A stretch of DNA of 64,000 nt from an uncultured Acidobacteriota bacterium (GTDB lineage: Bacteria; Acidobacteriota; Terriglobia; Terriglobales; Acidobacteriaceae), in assembly GCA_963837015.1 (NCBI GenBank), contig CAWIMI010000008.1, positions 3,035 to 67,034 on the forward strand, in the 5' to 3' direction. The notes under the pieces are model-generated. The model was not told the origin of the DNA. It ran no database searches and saw only the letters and a list, made by a program, of their open reading frames with translations. This document shows, one piece after another, positions 39,768-49,494 of this stretch; the stretch's first letter is position 1, and each line of letters opens with the position of its first letter. The position numbers and the translations under genes were made by a program.

Positions 39768-40745
39768 CTAGGCGAACGTCGGCAGTTTTATCAGGTCGCT
39801 GGGTGGCACCGGTTCCAGCGGTTGACCCGCCTTCTTCCACGCCGCCACGCCGCCAACGAGGACAAACGCGCTGAATCCCTGTTCTCGCAGTTGCAGCGCC
39901 ACCCGGGCGCTGGTCGCTTCGCGCGCTCAAGTACAGTAGACGTAAATGTCTTTGTCCTTGCGGAGGGTTTTGAGTTCCTCGGTGAGGTTGTTGGGTTCGA
40001 TGCGAATCGATCCTTTGATGCGCTCCGCGCCAGCGTCGTAGTAGCCGTGGCTTCGGACGTCAAGAATCAGAACCTTATCTTTTTCCTCCGAAGCCAGTCT
40101 CGTTGCCAGCTCTTCCACCTGTGCGCGCGGCACCACGCGGTACACCTTATTCTTGTGGTAAAGCCAGACACGGTAAACGATGTAAACGATGGCCGCTACG
40201 AAAAGTACTTCTTCAAATACGCGGCCTGCAGCCTGGAATCCACGCGTGATTGCGGCCAGAAAGTCGCGAAACAAGAATCCCAGAGTGCCGTAGGCCAGGA
40301 TATACAGCGACGCGCCAGCGGCGTCGAAGCGAAGGAACTGCATAGGGCGCATCTTCAGGCTGCCGGCGAGCGGCGGGGCCATGGTATTGACGCCGGGAAT
40401 GAACTTGGCGACCAGGAGCGTAGTCTTTCCCCGTTTGTAAAAGGACTCAGCCGAGCGCAGAACACACGACTCCGGATTCGCCGACAGGCGGCACAGAAGA
40501 CCCAGGAGGCCCCATCCCATGTAGCGGCCGAGGATGAAGAGCAGACTGTCGCCGAGCAGCATTCCGCTTAGGGCGACGAGTAAGACTTTAGGTACACTCA
40601 GACTGCCAGCTGCCGCGCCGGCTCCTCCGGCCACGAGAGCTACAGCCGCTGGAACGGGCAGGCCGATCGCTTCAGCCAGCACAACCACGAAGATGACAAG
40701 ATAACCGTGATGCGCGATCAGTGAGAGAATATTGTTCATCTTCAA
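39768..40745 (-). CDS. DedA-family membrane domain fused to a rhodanese domain, with in-frame TGA (39927-39929) at the catalytic Cys position: candidate selenoprotein, or a nonsense-disrupted gene
   Basis: DedA: HHGYLVIFVVVLAEAIGLPVPAAVALV. Rhodanese: VLILDVRSHGYYDAGAERIKGSIRIEP...DKDIYVYCT-TGA-AREATSARVALQLREQGFSAFVLVGGVAAWKKAGQPLE. The same frame continues for 52 codons to TAG 39768-39770. Confidence 0.75.
39894..39912 (-). promoter_or_regulatory. SECIS-like hairpin 14 nt downstream of the rhodanese TGA
   Basis: Minus strand: UGA-GCGCGCGAAGCGAC-CAGCGCC-CGGGU-GGCGCUG. Perfect 7-bp stem with a 5-nt loop containing GGU. Confidence 0.45.
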
Positions 40746-40820
40746 CGCATCAGAACTGAAGGTATTAGATAGGCTGCCAAGTCAACAGGATTCAAAGCCC
40801 CAGGGAGGAACAATAATCCA

Positions 40821-41219
40821 ATGCTGACAAAAACCAAAGCCGTTCGCCGCCACATCAATCTCCCCAATCGTAAAGTACCTCTGCCATTCAGCGATGCGGT
40901 CCTGGTAGGCAATACTCTTTACCTTTCCGGACGCATCGGTATCGACCCCGCGACCGGCGTGGCGCCTGAAGACGTCAACCAGGAACTTCGTCTGCTGTTC
41001 GACGGTTTTGAGGGCGTCCTCGCCGAGGCCAGCATGAATATGGATGACCTAGTCTGGGTACAAGTTTACTCGCCCGACGTTTCTTTGTGGGAGCCCTTCA
41101 ACAACGCCTACGTCCAACGGTTCGCAAAAGACCTGCCGGCGCGGGCGTTTATCGGCTCGGGGAAGCTGTTGAAAGGTGGAAGATTCGAGATGCTCGGAGT
41201 GGCGGTGAAGAGATCGTGA
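40821..41219 (+). CDS. RidA/YjgF family protein
   Basis: PFSDAVLVGNTLYLSGRIGIDPATG...ARAFIGSGKLLKGGRFEMLGVAV, the typical RidA pattern. Confidence 0.85.
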   Translation: MLTKTKAVRRHINLPNRKVPLPFSDAVLVGNTLYLSGRIGIDPATGVAPEDVNQELRLLFDGFEGVLAEASMNMDDLVWVQVYSPDVSLWEPFNNAYVQRFAKDLPARAFIGSGKLLKGGRFEMLGVAVKRS

Positions 41220-41220
41220 A

Positions 41221-42210
41221 CTACTTTTCTCTCGCTACAACGAATTCCGGCGCCCACAACAAGGCCCGCTTGATCTCGCCATCGGGGAATCCGCAGATCG
41301 CATTTCGCGCCAGCGCGGCATACTGCATGGCGCGGGCGTTAGCAGCTTCGACTGAGCCGTAACGGTTCAGAATCTCGAGGATTTCTGCATGAGTAACGCC
41401 GTCGAAGGCGCGTTCCCGCACTACCCGGCCGATGCGCTCGCGCTCAATCGGCGTACAGCGCTCGAGCGCATGAATCACCGCCATCGTTACTTTGCCCTCG
41501 CGTAGATCGCTGGCCACGGGCTTGCCCAGGATGTCCTCGGAGGCGGTCAGGTCGAGCACATCATCTACAATCTGGAACGCCATGCCGAGGTCCCGGCCGT
41601 ACTGCGCGAGATTCTCTTCCTGTTCTGGAGTTGCCCCGCCCAGAATTGCCCCAATCCGCATGCATACGGAAAATAAGCAAGCTGTCTTGCGGAAGATCAG
41701 GTCGAAATGCTCGTCCGAGGAAATCAGCTTGCCCAGTTTTTCCATCTGCAGCAGTTCGCCTTCGACCATCTGCTGGGTCAGATCGATCAGCGTGTCCAGA
41801 ATGCGGAAGTTGCGTTCCTGCACAGCAATCTTGAAGGCCTGCATGTAGAGCCAATCGCCCGCCAGCACGCACTTGGAGTTTCCCCATTGCGTATTGGCAG
41901 CGGGACGGCCACGCCGGATCTGGGCCTCGTCGATGATGTCATCGTGAACCAGCGTGGCGGTGTGAATAATTTCGACGACCGCACCCAGCTTGATAGCACC
42001 GCGTCCCTGGTAGTCGAGGAGTCTGGCAGACAACAACAGGAGCATGGGACGAATGCGCTTGCCACCACCGCTGCGCAGGTATTCACCGATTTCTGTAATC
42101 GCCTCAACTCCCGAGACGGTATCGCGCCCAAACTCGCGCTCAATGGCGGAAAGGTCGCCGCGCAGCAATTCAAAGATTTCTTTTCCGTTGATGGTGGCTG
42201 GCGTGCTCAA
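41221..42210 (-). CDS. Polyprenyl diphosphate synthase (trans-IPPS, IspB-like)
   Basis: First DDxxD in TLVHDDIIDEAQIRRGRPA, second in AFQIVDDVLD. Confidence 0.9.
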   Translation of the reverse strand: MSTPATINGKEIFELLRGDLSAIEREFGRDTVSGVEAITEIGEYLRSGGGKRIRPMLLLLSARLLDYQGRGAIKLGAVVEIIHTATLVHDDIIDEAQIRRGRPAANTQWGNSKCVLAGDWLYMQAFKIAVQERNFRILDTLIDLTQQMVEGELLQMEKLGKLISSDEHFDLIFRKTACLFSVCMRIGAILGGATPEQEENLAQYGRDLGMAFQIVDDVLDLTASEDILGKPVASDLREGKVTMAVIHALERCTPIERERIGRVVRERAFDGVTHAEILEILNRYGSVEAANARAMQYAALARNAICGFPDGEIKRALLWAPEFVVAREK

Positions 42211-42255
42211 TTAGTTCGCCCCAACTCCAAAGCCTAAACTCCAACTGTAAAACTT

Positions 42256-42753
42256 CTAGTTCGTTCGGTAGTTTGTAAACTGCGTATCAATGCCGAAATC
42301 CTGCGCCCGGAGCAGCGTAATAATTTCCTGCAACGCGTCGCGATCCTTTCCGCTCACTCGTACCAAGTCTCCCTGAATCGAAGCATTCACCTTCTTCTTG
42401 GAATCCTTGATGACCTTGACGATCTGGCGCGCTTTCTCAATGGGAATGCCCTGCTGCATCGTGATTTTCTGCTTTACGGTGCCGCCCGCGGCGGCTTCAA
42501 CGGCACCATAGGTTAGTCCCTTGAGAGATACGCCACGCTTCACCAGTTTCTGCTGGAAGATCTCGGTGACAGCCTTCAGCTTATACTCGTCCAGCGAGTG
42601 CAAATTGATGGCCTCCTTGCCTTCGAGTTCGATGTTTGACTTCGAATCTTTCAGGTCGAAACGGGTGTGAATCTCCTTCAACGCCTGCTGCATGGCGTTC
42701 GCCACTTCCTGCAGGTCAAGCTTGCTCACAATGTCAAAAGTATTCTCTGGCAT
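42256..42753 (-). CDS. yajQ: YajQ family nucleotide / cyclic-di-GMP-binding protein
   Basis: FDIVSKLDLQEVANAMQQALKEIHTRFDLKDS...ASIQGDLVRVSGKDRDALQEII; 165 aa. Confidence 0.9.
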   Translation of the reverse strand: MPENTFDIVSKLDLQEVANAMQQALKEIHTRFDLKDSKSNIELEGKEAINLHSLDEYKLKAVTEIFQQKLVKRGVSLKGLTYGAVEAAAGGTVKQKITMQQGIPIEKARQIVKVIKDSKKKVNASIQGDLVRVSGKDRDALQEIITLLRAQDFGIDTQFTNYRTN

Positions 42754-42811
42754 AGCAATTCGCTTCCAGTTAACAGATTACACAGCCCCAGCAAAAGATG
42801 CTCTAAACAAG

Positions 42812-43645
42812 CTAAATGGAGTTGAGCTTTTCGTGAAGCGAAAAGAAGCGATAAAAGTTTTTCGCGGTCTGCAAACCAATATCTTCCGTTGAAAGCCCGC
42901 GTAACTCGCCCATTTGCCGCGCTACCTCTTTTACGAACGAGGGTTCGTTGCGCTTGCCGCGATGCGGCACAGGCGCCAGGAATGGCGAATCAGTTTCAAT
43001 CAGCAGGCGGTCGAGCGGCACCTGCTTTGCGGCTTCGCGAATCTGCAGCGCTTTGGGAAAAGTGACATTTCCGGCAAAGGAGATCATGAATCCCATGTCG
43101 AGCGCCCGCAAAGCATACGCGCTGGTTCCAGTAAAACAATGAAGAATGCCTCCCAGGCCGCTCCCGGCCCAATGCTCCTGCAACAGCTTGAGGCAATCCT
43201 CCCATGCGTCTTCGGTTTTATCGGAAGGTCGGCAGTGAATCACAATCGGCAATTTGGCGGCCTGCGCGAGTTGGAGTTGCCTCAGAAATACTTGTTGTTG
43301 CACATCCCGCGGTGAATGGTCATAGAAGTAGTCGAGTCCAATTTCGCCCCACGCAATGACCTTGGGACGCTTCGCGAATTGCGCCATCTTTTCGAAATCA
43401 GTATCGCTGGCCAGCTTGGCTTCGTGCGGATGAATGCCGATGGTCGCGTAAATGAACTCGTGCTGTTCTGCGAGCCGAATCGCGCAATCAAGCGACCCTG
43501 GCCCGGTTCCGCTGCCGATGGCGAGAATAGTTTCGATCCCAGACTCTTTGGCGCGTTGTAGCATGGCGACGCGATCGGCATCGAACTGCTCCATCTCGAG
43601 ATGCGCGTGGGAGTCGACGAAGATCGGTCGTTGGTTGTTGGTCAT
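42812..43645 (-). CDS. tatD: TatD family metal-dependent hydrolase
   Basis: FVDSHAHLEM..., IGEIGLDYFY, VIHCR, ILHCFTG, ETDSPFL. Confidence 0.9.
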   Translation of the reverse strand: MTNNQRPIFVDSHAHLEMEQFDADRVAMLQRAKESGIETILAIGSGTGPGSLDCAIRLAEQHEFIYATIGIHPHEAKLASDTDFEKMAQFAKRPKVIAWGEIGLDYFYDHSPRDVQQQVFLRQLQLAQAAKLPIVIHCRPSDKTEDAWEDCLKLLQEHWAGSGLGGILHCFTGTSAYALRALDMGFMISFAGNVTFPKALQIREAAKQVPLDRLLIETDSPFLAPVPHRGKRNEPSFVKEVARQMGELRGLSTEDIGLQTAKNFYRFFSLHEKLNSI

Positions 43646-43712
43646 TAGTCGTGTGGTGACGGGCGACTCGCCCGTCGGGATCGAGTGAAACTCAGCATGC
43701 GCAGGGGTTTCG

Positions 43713-45752
43713 CTACTTCAACCTCGTACCCACGGGGACATCTTCGAGGAAGCTCGCCAACACAGCTTTCCCGCCCTCGGATGACGCGGCGACGATCATT
43801 CCATTCGATTCCAGGCCTCGAAGTTTACGAGGCGCAAGGTTTGCCACAATTACTACTTTTCTGCCGATCAGAAGCTCCGGCGCGTAGGATTCGGCGATAC
43901 CGGCGACCACCTGTCGAACCTCCGTACCCAAATCGACCTCCAATCTGAGCAGTTTGTCCGCGCCTTTCACCTTTTCGGCGGCCTTTACCTGGCCGACGCG
44001 CAGTTCGACTTTCGCAAAGTCGTCGATGGTAATCTTGCCGTCGGGCACGGCTGGGACAGGCTTCGCGGCGGGCGTAGCAACCACGGCCTGTGCGTCGAGA
44101 CGAGAAACCGCCATCGTCGGTGCTGGTGTCTCAGGCTGTGCTTCGATTGGGCTAGGTGTGCTTCGTTGCTGCTCTTCCATATTCTGCATCCTTTCGATTG
44201 CGCTCTTGTCGGCGCGCGGGAAGACCGCTTCGATATTGCCCAACTTAGTGCCCAGTTGGAGTTGCCCCCACTTCAGATCAGAGAGGGGAAACTTGCGAAT
44301 ATCGCCCAGGCCCAGTTGCGCCCAGATCTTCGAGGTTGCGTCGGGAATTACCGGGTGTGCCAATGCCGTCACAATGCGCAAGGCTTCAGCGCTGGTATAC
44401 AGAATCGTCCCCAGCCGCGAACGATTCTCCTCGTCCTGCTTTTCACCCAGCGCCCACGGTTCGTTCTCGACAATGTATTTATCCACCGCAGCCACGAGGC
44501 CCCACGCGACTTCGAGAGCGCGTGAAAACTGATACTGATCAAACAGCGTGGAATATTCGGCAATAACATGGCGTGCGCTGTCAGCGATAGCACTGTCTGC
44601 CGCCCTTTGCGAAACCGGAGCCGAAGGATATGGCACCTCGCCTCGAAAATAACGCGTGATCATGGTCAGCGTGCGGCTGGCGAGGTTGCCGAGGCCGTTG
44701 GCCAGATCCGCGTTGTAACGCTGTACGAGCGCGTCGAAGGAAAACGTTCCATCCTGGCCGAATACCACTTCACGCAGAAGGAAGTAGCGAAGCGCGTCAG
44801 CGCCCAGCACGTCGAGAATCGTCTCAGCACGCACGATGTTTCCGCGCGATTTCGACATTTTGCTTTCCTCGAACAGCAGCCAGCCATGCGCCACAATGCT
44901 CTTGGGTAAAGGAAGTCCCGCAGCCATCAGAAACGCAGGCCAATACACGCAATGGAAGCGAACGATCTCCTTGCCGATCATCTGCAGATCAGCGGGCCAG
45001 TACTTCCGAAACGCTTCTTGGGCGCCCTCGTGCGACGATCCGTAGCCGATGGCCGTGATGTAGTTCGCCAGAGCATCCAGCCATACGTAAATCACATGCT
45101 TGGGGTCGTCCGGCACCGGAATACCCCAGGAGAAGGTCGAGCGGCTGATGGAAAGATCACGCAGTCCACCGCGCACGAACGACATTACCTCATTTCGTCT
45201 CGTCTCCGGCCGGATGAAGTCGGGTTGCTCGGCGTACAGTTGGAGCAGCTTCTCCTGAAATGCGGAAAGCCTAAAAAAGTAGTTCTCTTCCTTCACTGTT
45301 TCCGTCGGACGCCCGCACTCCGGGCAGGGAGCGCCGGGCCCGACCGCATCTACGTAGAGTTCGTCGAACACGCAGTATTGGCCGGTATAAGTGCCCTTGT
45401 AGATGTGGCCGTTATCGCGGAGCTGCCGAAAGAGGTGCTGCACTCGCTTCTTGTGTCGTTCCTCCGTGGTGCGGATAAAGTCGTCGTTGGTGATGCCCAT
45501 CCGCTTCCACAACTGCCGGAACTGCGCCGAGATTTCGTCGGCGTACTGCTGGGGCGTTTTGTTGGCAGCCTGCGCCGCTCGCTCAATCTTTTGCCCGTGC
45601 TCGTCGGTGCCGGTGAGGAAGAATGTATCTGCGCCCAGCATGCGCTGCCTCCGCGCCACCGTATCGCAGGCAATCGTGGTGTAAGCGTGGCCGATGTGCG
45701 GCCGCGCATTTACGTAATAGATGGGTGTGGTGACGTAGAATTTCTTGTTCAT
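43713..45752 (-). CDS. metG: Methionine--tRNA ligase with C-terminal tRNA-binding (EMAP/Trbp111-like) domain
   Basis: FYVTTPIYYVNARPHIGHAYT (HIGH), the CPECG knuckle, KMSKSRGN (KMSKS), and C-terminal FAKVELRVGQVKAAEKVKGADKLLRLEVDLG. Confidence 0.95.
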   Translation of the reverse strand: MNKKFYVTTPIYYVNARPHIGHAYTTIACDTVARRQRMLGADTFFLTGTDEHGQKIERAAQAANKTPQQYADEISAQFRQLWKRMGITNDDFIRTTEERHKKRVQHLFRQLRDNGHIYKGTYTGQYCVFDELYVDAVGPGAPCPECGRPTETVKEENYFFRLSAFQEKLLQLYAEQPDFIRPETRRNEVMSFVRGGLRDLSISRSTFSWGIPVPDDPKHVIYVWLDALANYITAIGYGSSHEGAQEAFRKYWPADLQMIGKEIVRFHCVYWPAFLMAAGLPLPKSIVAHGWLLFEESKMSKSRGNIVRAETILDVLGADALRYFLLREVVFGQDGTFSFDALVQRYNADLANGLGNLASRTLTMITRYFRGEVPYPSAPVSQRAADSAIADSARHVIAEYSTLFDQYQFSRALEVAWGLVAAVDKYIVENEPWALGEKQDEENRSRLGTILYTSAEALRIVTALAHPVIPDATSKIWAQLGLGDIRKFPLSDLKWGQLQLGTKLGNIEAVFPRADKSAIERMQNMEEQQRSTPSPIEAQPETPAPTMAVSRLDAQAVVATPAAKPVPAVPDGKITIDDFAKVELRVGQVKAAEKVKGADKLLRLEVDLGTEVRQVVAGIAESYAPELLIGRKVVIVANLAPRKLRGLESNGMIVAASSEGGKAVLASFLEDVPVGTRLK

Positions 45753-45842
45753 TTGTGCATTTCAGGCTACGGGACAACACAAAGGAATCCGCTCTGAAGC
45801 CTTCCTCGGTAAAACTCGCGTCCTTCGTGGTTGATGACTTTG

Positions 45843-47318
45843 TCAGTCCTGGTGGTTCATATAAAGATGCAGAGCTTCCTGCATTACGGCCTTCAGTGGA
45901 ACGTGGAACTCAGTCGCAATGCGTCGGCAATCCTCATATTCCGGCGCGGAGTTCATCACCCCGTCTTTCATGCTGGCGACCTTGAGCCGTACATCACCCC
46001 AGCGGGTCGTAACCGTTACCCACTTCCGGTTCAGCATCTGACGCTTTTCCTCACGCTGCCGAACGCCAAGGGTTGTTGTTTCCGAAAAAATCAGACGGAT
46101 CAACTTCGAGGCATCCTCCGTCCGGCATAGAACGTTCAGCAGCATGCCCGGACGATTCTTCTTCATCTGCACCGGCAAGCCAAAGACATCGAGTGCCCCT
46201 TCCTCGAGCAAACGATCCATGACGTAGCCGAAAACCTGCGGGTTCAAATCATCGATATTCGCCTCGAGCACGGTGATTGTGTCCGTCGGAATTTCAGATG
46301 ACAGTTCCGGCCGGGTTTCGCCGATCGTGAGCCGCACCACGTTCGCTTGTCCGGCGAAGTCACGAGTCCCGGCGCCGTAGCCGGCTTTTTCAACCTTCAT
46401 CGCTGGGAAGGGCGCGAAGCGTTTCGCCAGCGTTTTCACTATCGCGGCACCCGTTGGAGTGACCAACTCAGCTTGAACGCCGGAGGAATACACAGGTGCG
46501 TCTTTCAGCAACTCGAGCGTCGCGGGCGCAGGTATCGGCAAAGTTCCGTGCGCGCACTCGACTGTGCCGCCTCCCACGTTCAGCGGTGAACAGACGATTT
46601 GGTCAACGCCCAGCGCCTCGGCTCCGACGGCGGCGCAGACAATATCTACCATGGCGTCCACTGATCCGACTTCGTGAAAATGAATCTCCTCAACGTCGGC
46701 GTCGTGAATCTTTGCCTCTGCCTCCCCCAATGCTTCGAAGATTTCGATCGCTGTCTTCTTCGCGGCCTCGCTGATTGACGCCTTGCCGATAATGTCGCGG
46801 ATCTCCTTTAGACCTCGTCCTTCTTCGTGCGAATGAGCGTGTTCATGTTTACGTTGCGGCGCTGGCACGATGTTTCCCATGTGCTCGCCTTCGGCATGCT
46901 GAGGTGAGAACCCTTCCGCTCGCGAAGCGCCGTGGCTTTGCAACGCGTAGTTATGTTCCAAAAGTGTGACCGGTTCCCCATGATGAGCGTGCATGTTTTT
47001 ATTCTCATCGTGGCTATGTTGAGTGTGCCCTTGCTTCTGAACGTGGATATGCTCGTCATCTTTATGCCCAGCGTGGACTTGCTCCGATTGTCCATCCCAC
47101 ATCTCGCGCGGCAAATCCTTTTCACCGTTCGCATAAACGTCGACCTTGATCGCGCTTATACCATTGCGCTGCACGCGAGAAATCTCAAGCTTTGCCCCAA
47201 TGTTTAATCCCGAAGCCGTTCCTTCAAGAAGTTGGGCGGGAACGCCGACATCGACCAGCGCGCCCAGGAACATATCCCCGCTCATGCCGGAAAAACATTC
47301 AAGATAGGCTATACGCAT
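45843..47318 (-). CDS. larC: LarC-family nickel insertion protein with a His-rich insertion
   Basis: The internal ATG gives MRIAYLECFSGMSGDMFLGALVDVGV. The His-rich segment is HAGHKDDEHIHVQKQGHTQHSHDENKNMHAHHGE...HEHAHSHEEG. The C-terminal domain is VLEANIDDLNPQ. Confidence 0.85.
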   Translation of the reverse strand: MRIAYLECFSGMSGDMFLGALVDVGVPAQLLEGTASGLNIGAKLEISRVQRNGISAIKVDVYANGEKDLPREMWDGQSEQVHAGHKDDEHIHVQKQGHTQHSHDENKNMHAHHGEPVTLLEHNYALQSHGASRAEGFSPQHAEGEHMGNIVPAPQRKHEHAHSHEEGRGLKEIRDIIGKASISEAAKKTAIEIFEALGEAEAKIHDADVEEIHFHEVGSVDAMVDIVCAAVGAEALGVDQIVCSPLNVGGGTVECAHGTLPIPAPATLELLKDAPVYSSGVQAELVTPTGAAIVKTLAKRFAPFPAMKVEKAGYGAGTRDFAGQANVVRLTIGETRPELSSEIPTDTITVLEANIDDLNPQVFGYVMDRLLEEGALDVFGLPVQMKKNRPGMLLNVLCRTEDASKLIRLIFSETTTLGVRQREEKRQMLNRKWVTVTTRWGDVRLKVASMKDGVMNSAPEYEDCRRIATEFHVPLKAVMQEALHLYMNHQD

Positions 47319-47427
47319 AGGAGCCGTCGTTGCTCGTTGATCTTGAGTCGTTAGTCTTAACGTCACCGGCTAACAGGCCGATGACTAACGACCCACGACT
47401 GATTTTCATCATAGGGAAGCGAGAACC

Positions 47428-49470
47428 GTGCGTCAAACCGGTGCGCGGTGCGCCTCTGCTACAATCACTAGTTTCCTGAACCGCCTCGAGGGACTCTTGT
47501 ATCGTCATCTGGAACGTCGGCTGGCCCAGCAAATAGGCGACTTTCTGCGTCGAAACTACGATGTCGAGTTGGCCAAGATTGTGGTCGAGCAGCCGCCTCG
47601 CGTCGAACTCGGCGACTATGCTTTGCCACTTGCTTTTGAGCTAGCTAAAAAGCTGCGCAAGGCGCCGCGGAAGATTGCTGAGGAGATTGTTGCGGGTATC
47701 GGGCCGATCGAGGGGTTTGACAAGTTGGAGCTTGCCGGGGCGGGCTACATCAATGCCCGGGTAAAACGCGGGTGGCTTGCCGTCGCGCTCGCTGCCGATG
47801 AAAAACCGACGGTTGATGCCCCACCGGGCAAAGTCCTGGTCGAGCACTCCAGTATTAATCCGAACAAGGCCGCGCACATCGGTCACTTGCGCAATGCCAT
47901 CCTGGGCGACACTTTTGTTCGCTTACTCCGTTTTGCGGGTAGGGAAGTGGATATCCAGAACTACATTGACAATACGGGTGTCCAAGTCGCTGACGTGGTC
48001 GTTGGTTTCCTGCTTCTTGAGAAAAAATCGCGCGTTCAGATCGAAAGCCTAACCCGCAAGCCGCGCTTCGATTATTACTGCTGGGATTTATACGCACAGG
48101 TTTCGCGCTGGTACGACCAGGACAACCACAACCGCGATGCGCGCCAGAAGGTATTGCATGCGCTTGAAGAAGGCAATAACGAAACTGCGGCAATCGCGGA
48201 TTTAATTTCGATTGCGGTGCTCCGCCGCCATCTCGAAACAATGGACCGGCTGGACATTGAATACGACTTCCTCCCCCGCGAGAGTGAAATCCTGCACCTG
48301 CACTTCTGGGATGCGGCGTTCACCAAGCTCAAGGACGCGGGTGTGCTTACCTTCGAGACCGAGGGCAAGAACACGGGCTGCTGGGTAATGCGGCGAGGCA
48401 AAGCCCTTGCAGGAGAAGAAAGCACTGAGGTTGCCGAAGAAGATCAGAAAGTCATTGTGCGGTCGAACGGAACTGTCGGCTACGTCGGGAAGGACATTGC
48501 CTACCACTTGTGGAAGTTCGGTTTGCTGGGACGCGATTTCGGATATCGCAAATTCTATCGCTATCCAAACGGGCACGACTGCTGGATTTCGACCACCGAT
48601 GGCGTGCCCGACCATCCGCACTTTGGTGATGTCGCCGAGATTTACAACGTCATCGATGCGCGGCAAGCCGAGGCGCAGACCACTGTGGTCGAAGCGCTGC
48701 GCGGGCTTGGCTACAGCCGGCTGGCGGACCACTATACGCATTTTTCCTATGAGATGGTCGCGCTCACTCCGCGTTGCGCCGCCGAACTGGGATATCAACT
48801 TTCCGAGGAGGACAAGAGTCGTTCTTACATCGAAGTCTCCGGCCGCAAAGGCTTCGGAGTGAAGGCCGATGACTTGATCGATAGGTTAATCGCCTCGGCC
48901 AAGAAGGAAGTCGATTCTCGCCATGCCCAGCTAACCGACGCTGAACGCTTGACTATTGCTACGCACATTGCGGTTGGCGCTCTGCGTTATTTCATGTTGA
49001 AGTTCACCAAGCCCTCGGTCATTGCGTTCGATTTCAAAGAGGCGCTGAGCTTCGAAGGTGAGACCGGTCCTTATGCGCAATATGCGGTGGTCCGCGCCAA
49101 CAACATTTTTCGAAAAGGCGGACTCGATCCAGACACATTTTGTAGAAACTTAGCTAGCTTCGTTTCTACAGACAGATATGCGAAATATTTGAATAGTGCG
49201 GATGGAGACGAAATCTGGGAGCTGTGGCTGGGGTCTTCGAAGACGTCTTACGTGATCGAGCAGTGTATTGCGACCACAGAGCCAGCTTATCTAGCGAAGC
49301 ACGTATTCCAGATGGCGCAACTTTTCAACGCTTTCTATCACCGGCATCCCATCCTTGCTGAGCCCGATGAGAGCCGGAAAAGATTCTTGCTCGCTACGGT
49401 CGCGGTCGTACGTCGCGAACTGATCCGCGCCTTAGCTGTAATGGGGATCTCGATTCCAGCGGCGATGTAA
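47428..49470 (+). CDS. argS: Arginine--tRNA ligase
   Basis: VEHSSINPNKAAHIGHLRNAILGD (HIGH region), and a DALR anticodon-binding C-terminus ending in M. The true start may be TTG 47497, which is preceded by GAGGGA. Confidence 0.95.
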   Translation: MRQTGARCASATITSFLNRLEGLLYRHLERRLAQQIGDFLRRNYDVELAKIVVEQPPRVELGDYALPLAFELAKKLRKAPRKIAEEIVAGIGPIEGFDKLELAGAGYINARVKRGWLAVALAADEKPTVDAPPGKVLVEHSSINPNKAAHIGHLRNAILGDTFVRLLRFAGREVDIQNYIDNTGVQVADVVVGFLLLEKKSRVQIESLTRKPRFDYYCWDLYAQVSRWYDQDNHNRDARQKVLHALEEGNNETAAIADLISIAVLRRHLETMDRLDIEYDFLPRESEILHLHFWDAAFTKLKDAGVLTFETEGKNTGCWVMRRGKALAGEESTEVAEEDQKVIVRSNGTVGYVGKDIAYHLWKFGLLGRDFGYRKFYRYPNGHDCWISTTDGVPDHPHFGDVAEIYNVIDARQAEAQTTVVEALRGLGYSRLADHYTHFSYEMVALTPRCAAELGYQLSEEDKSRSYIEVSGRKGFGVKADDLIDRLIASAKKEVDSRHAQLTDAERLTIATHIAVGALRYFMLKFTKPSVIAFDFKEALSFEGETGPYAQYAVVRANNIFRKGGLDPDTFCRNLASFVSTDRYAKYLNSADGDEIWELWLGSSKTSYVIEQCIATTEPAYLAKHVFQMAQLFNAFYHRHPILAEPDESRKRFLLATVAVVRRELIRALAVMGISIPAAM

Positions 49471-49494
49471 ATCGGGTTCATGCCGGCGCTCACG

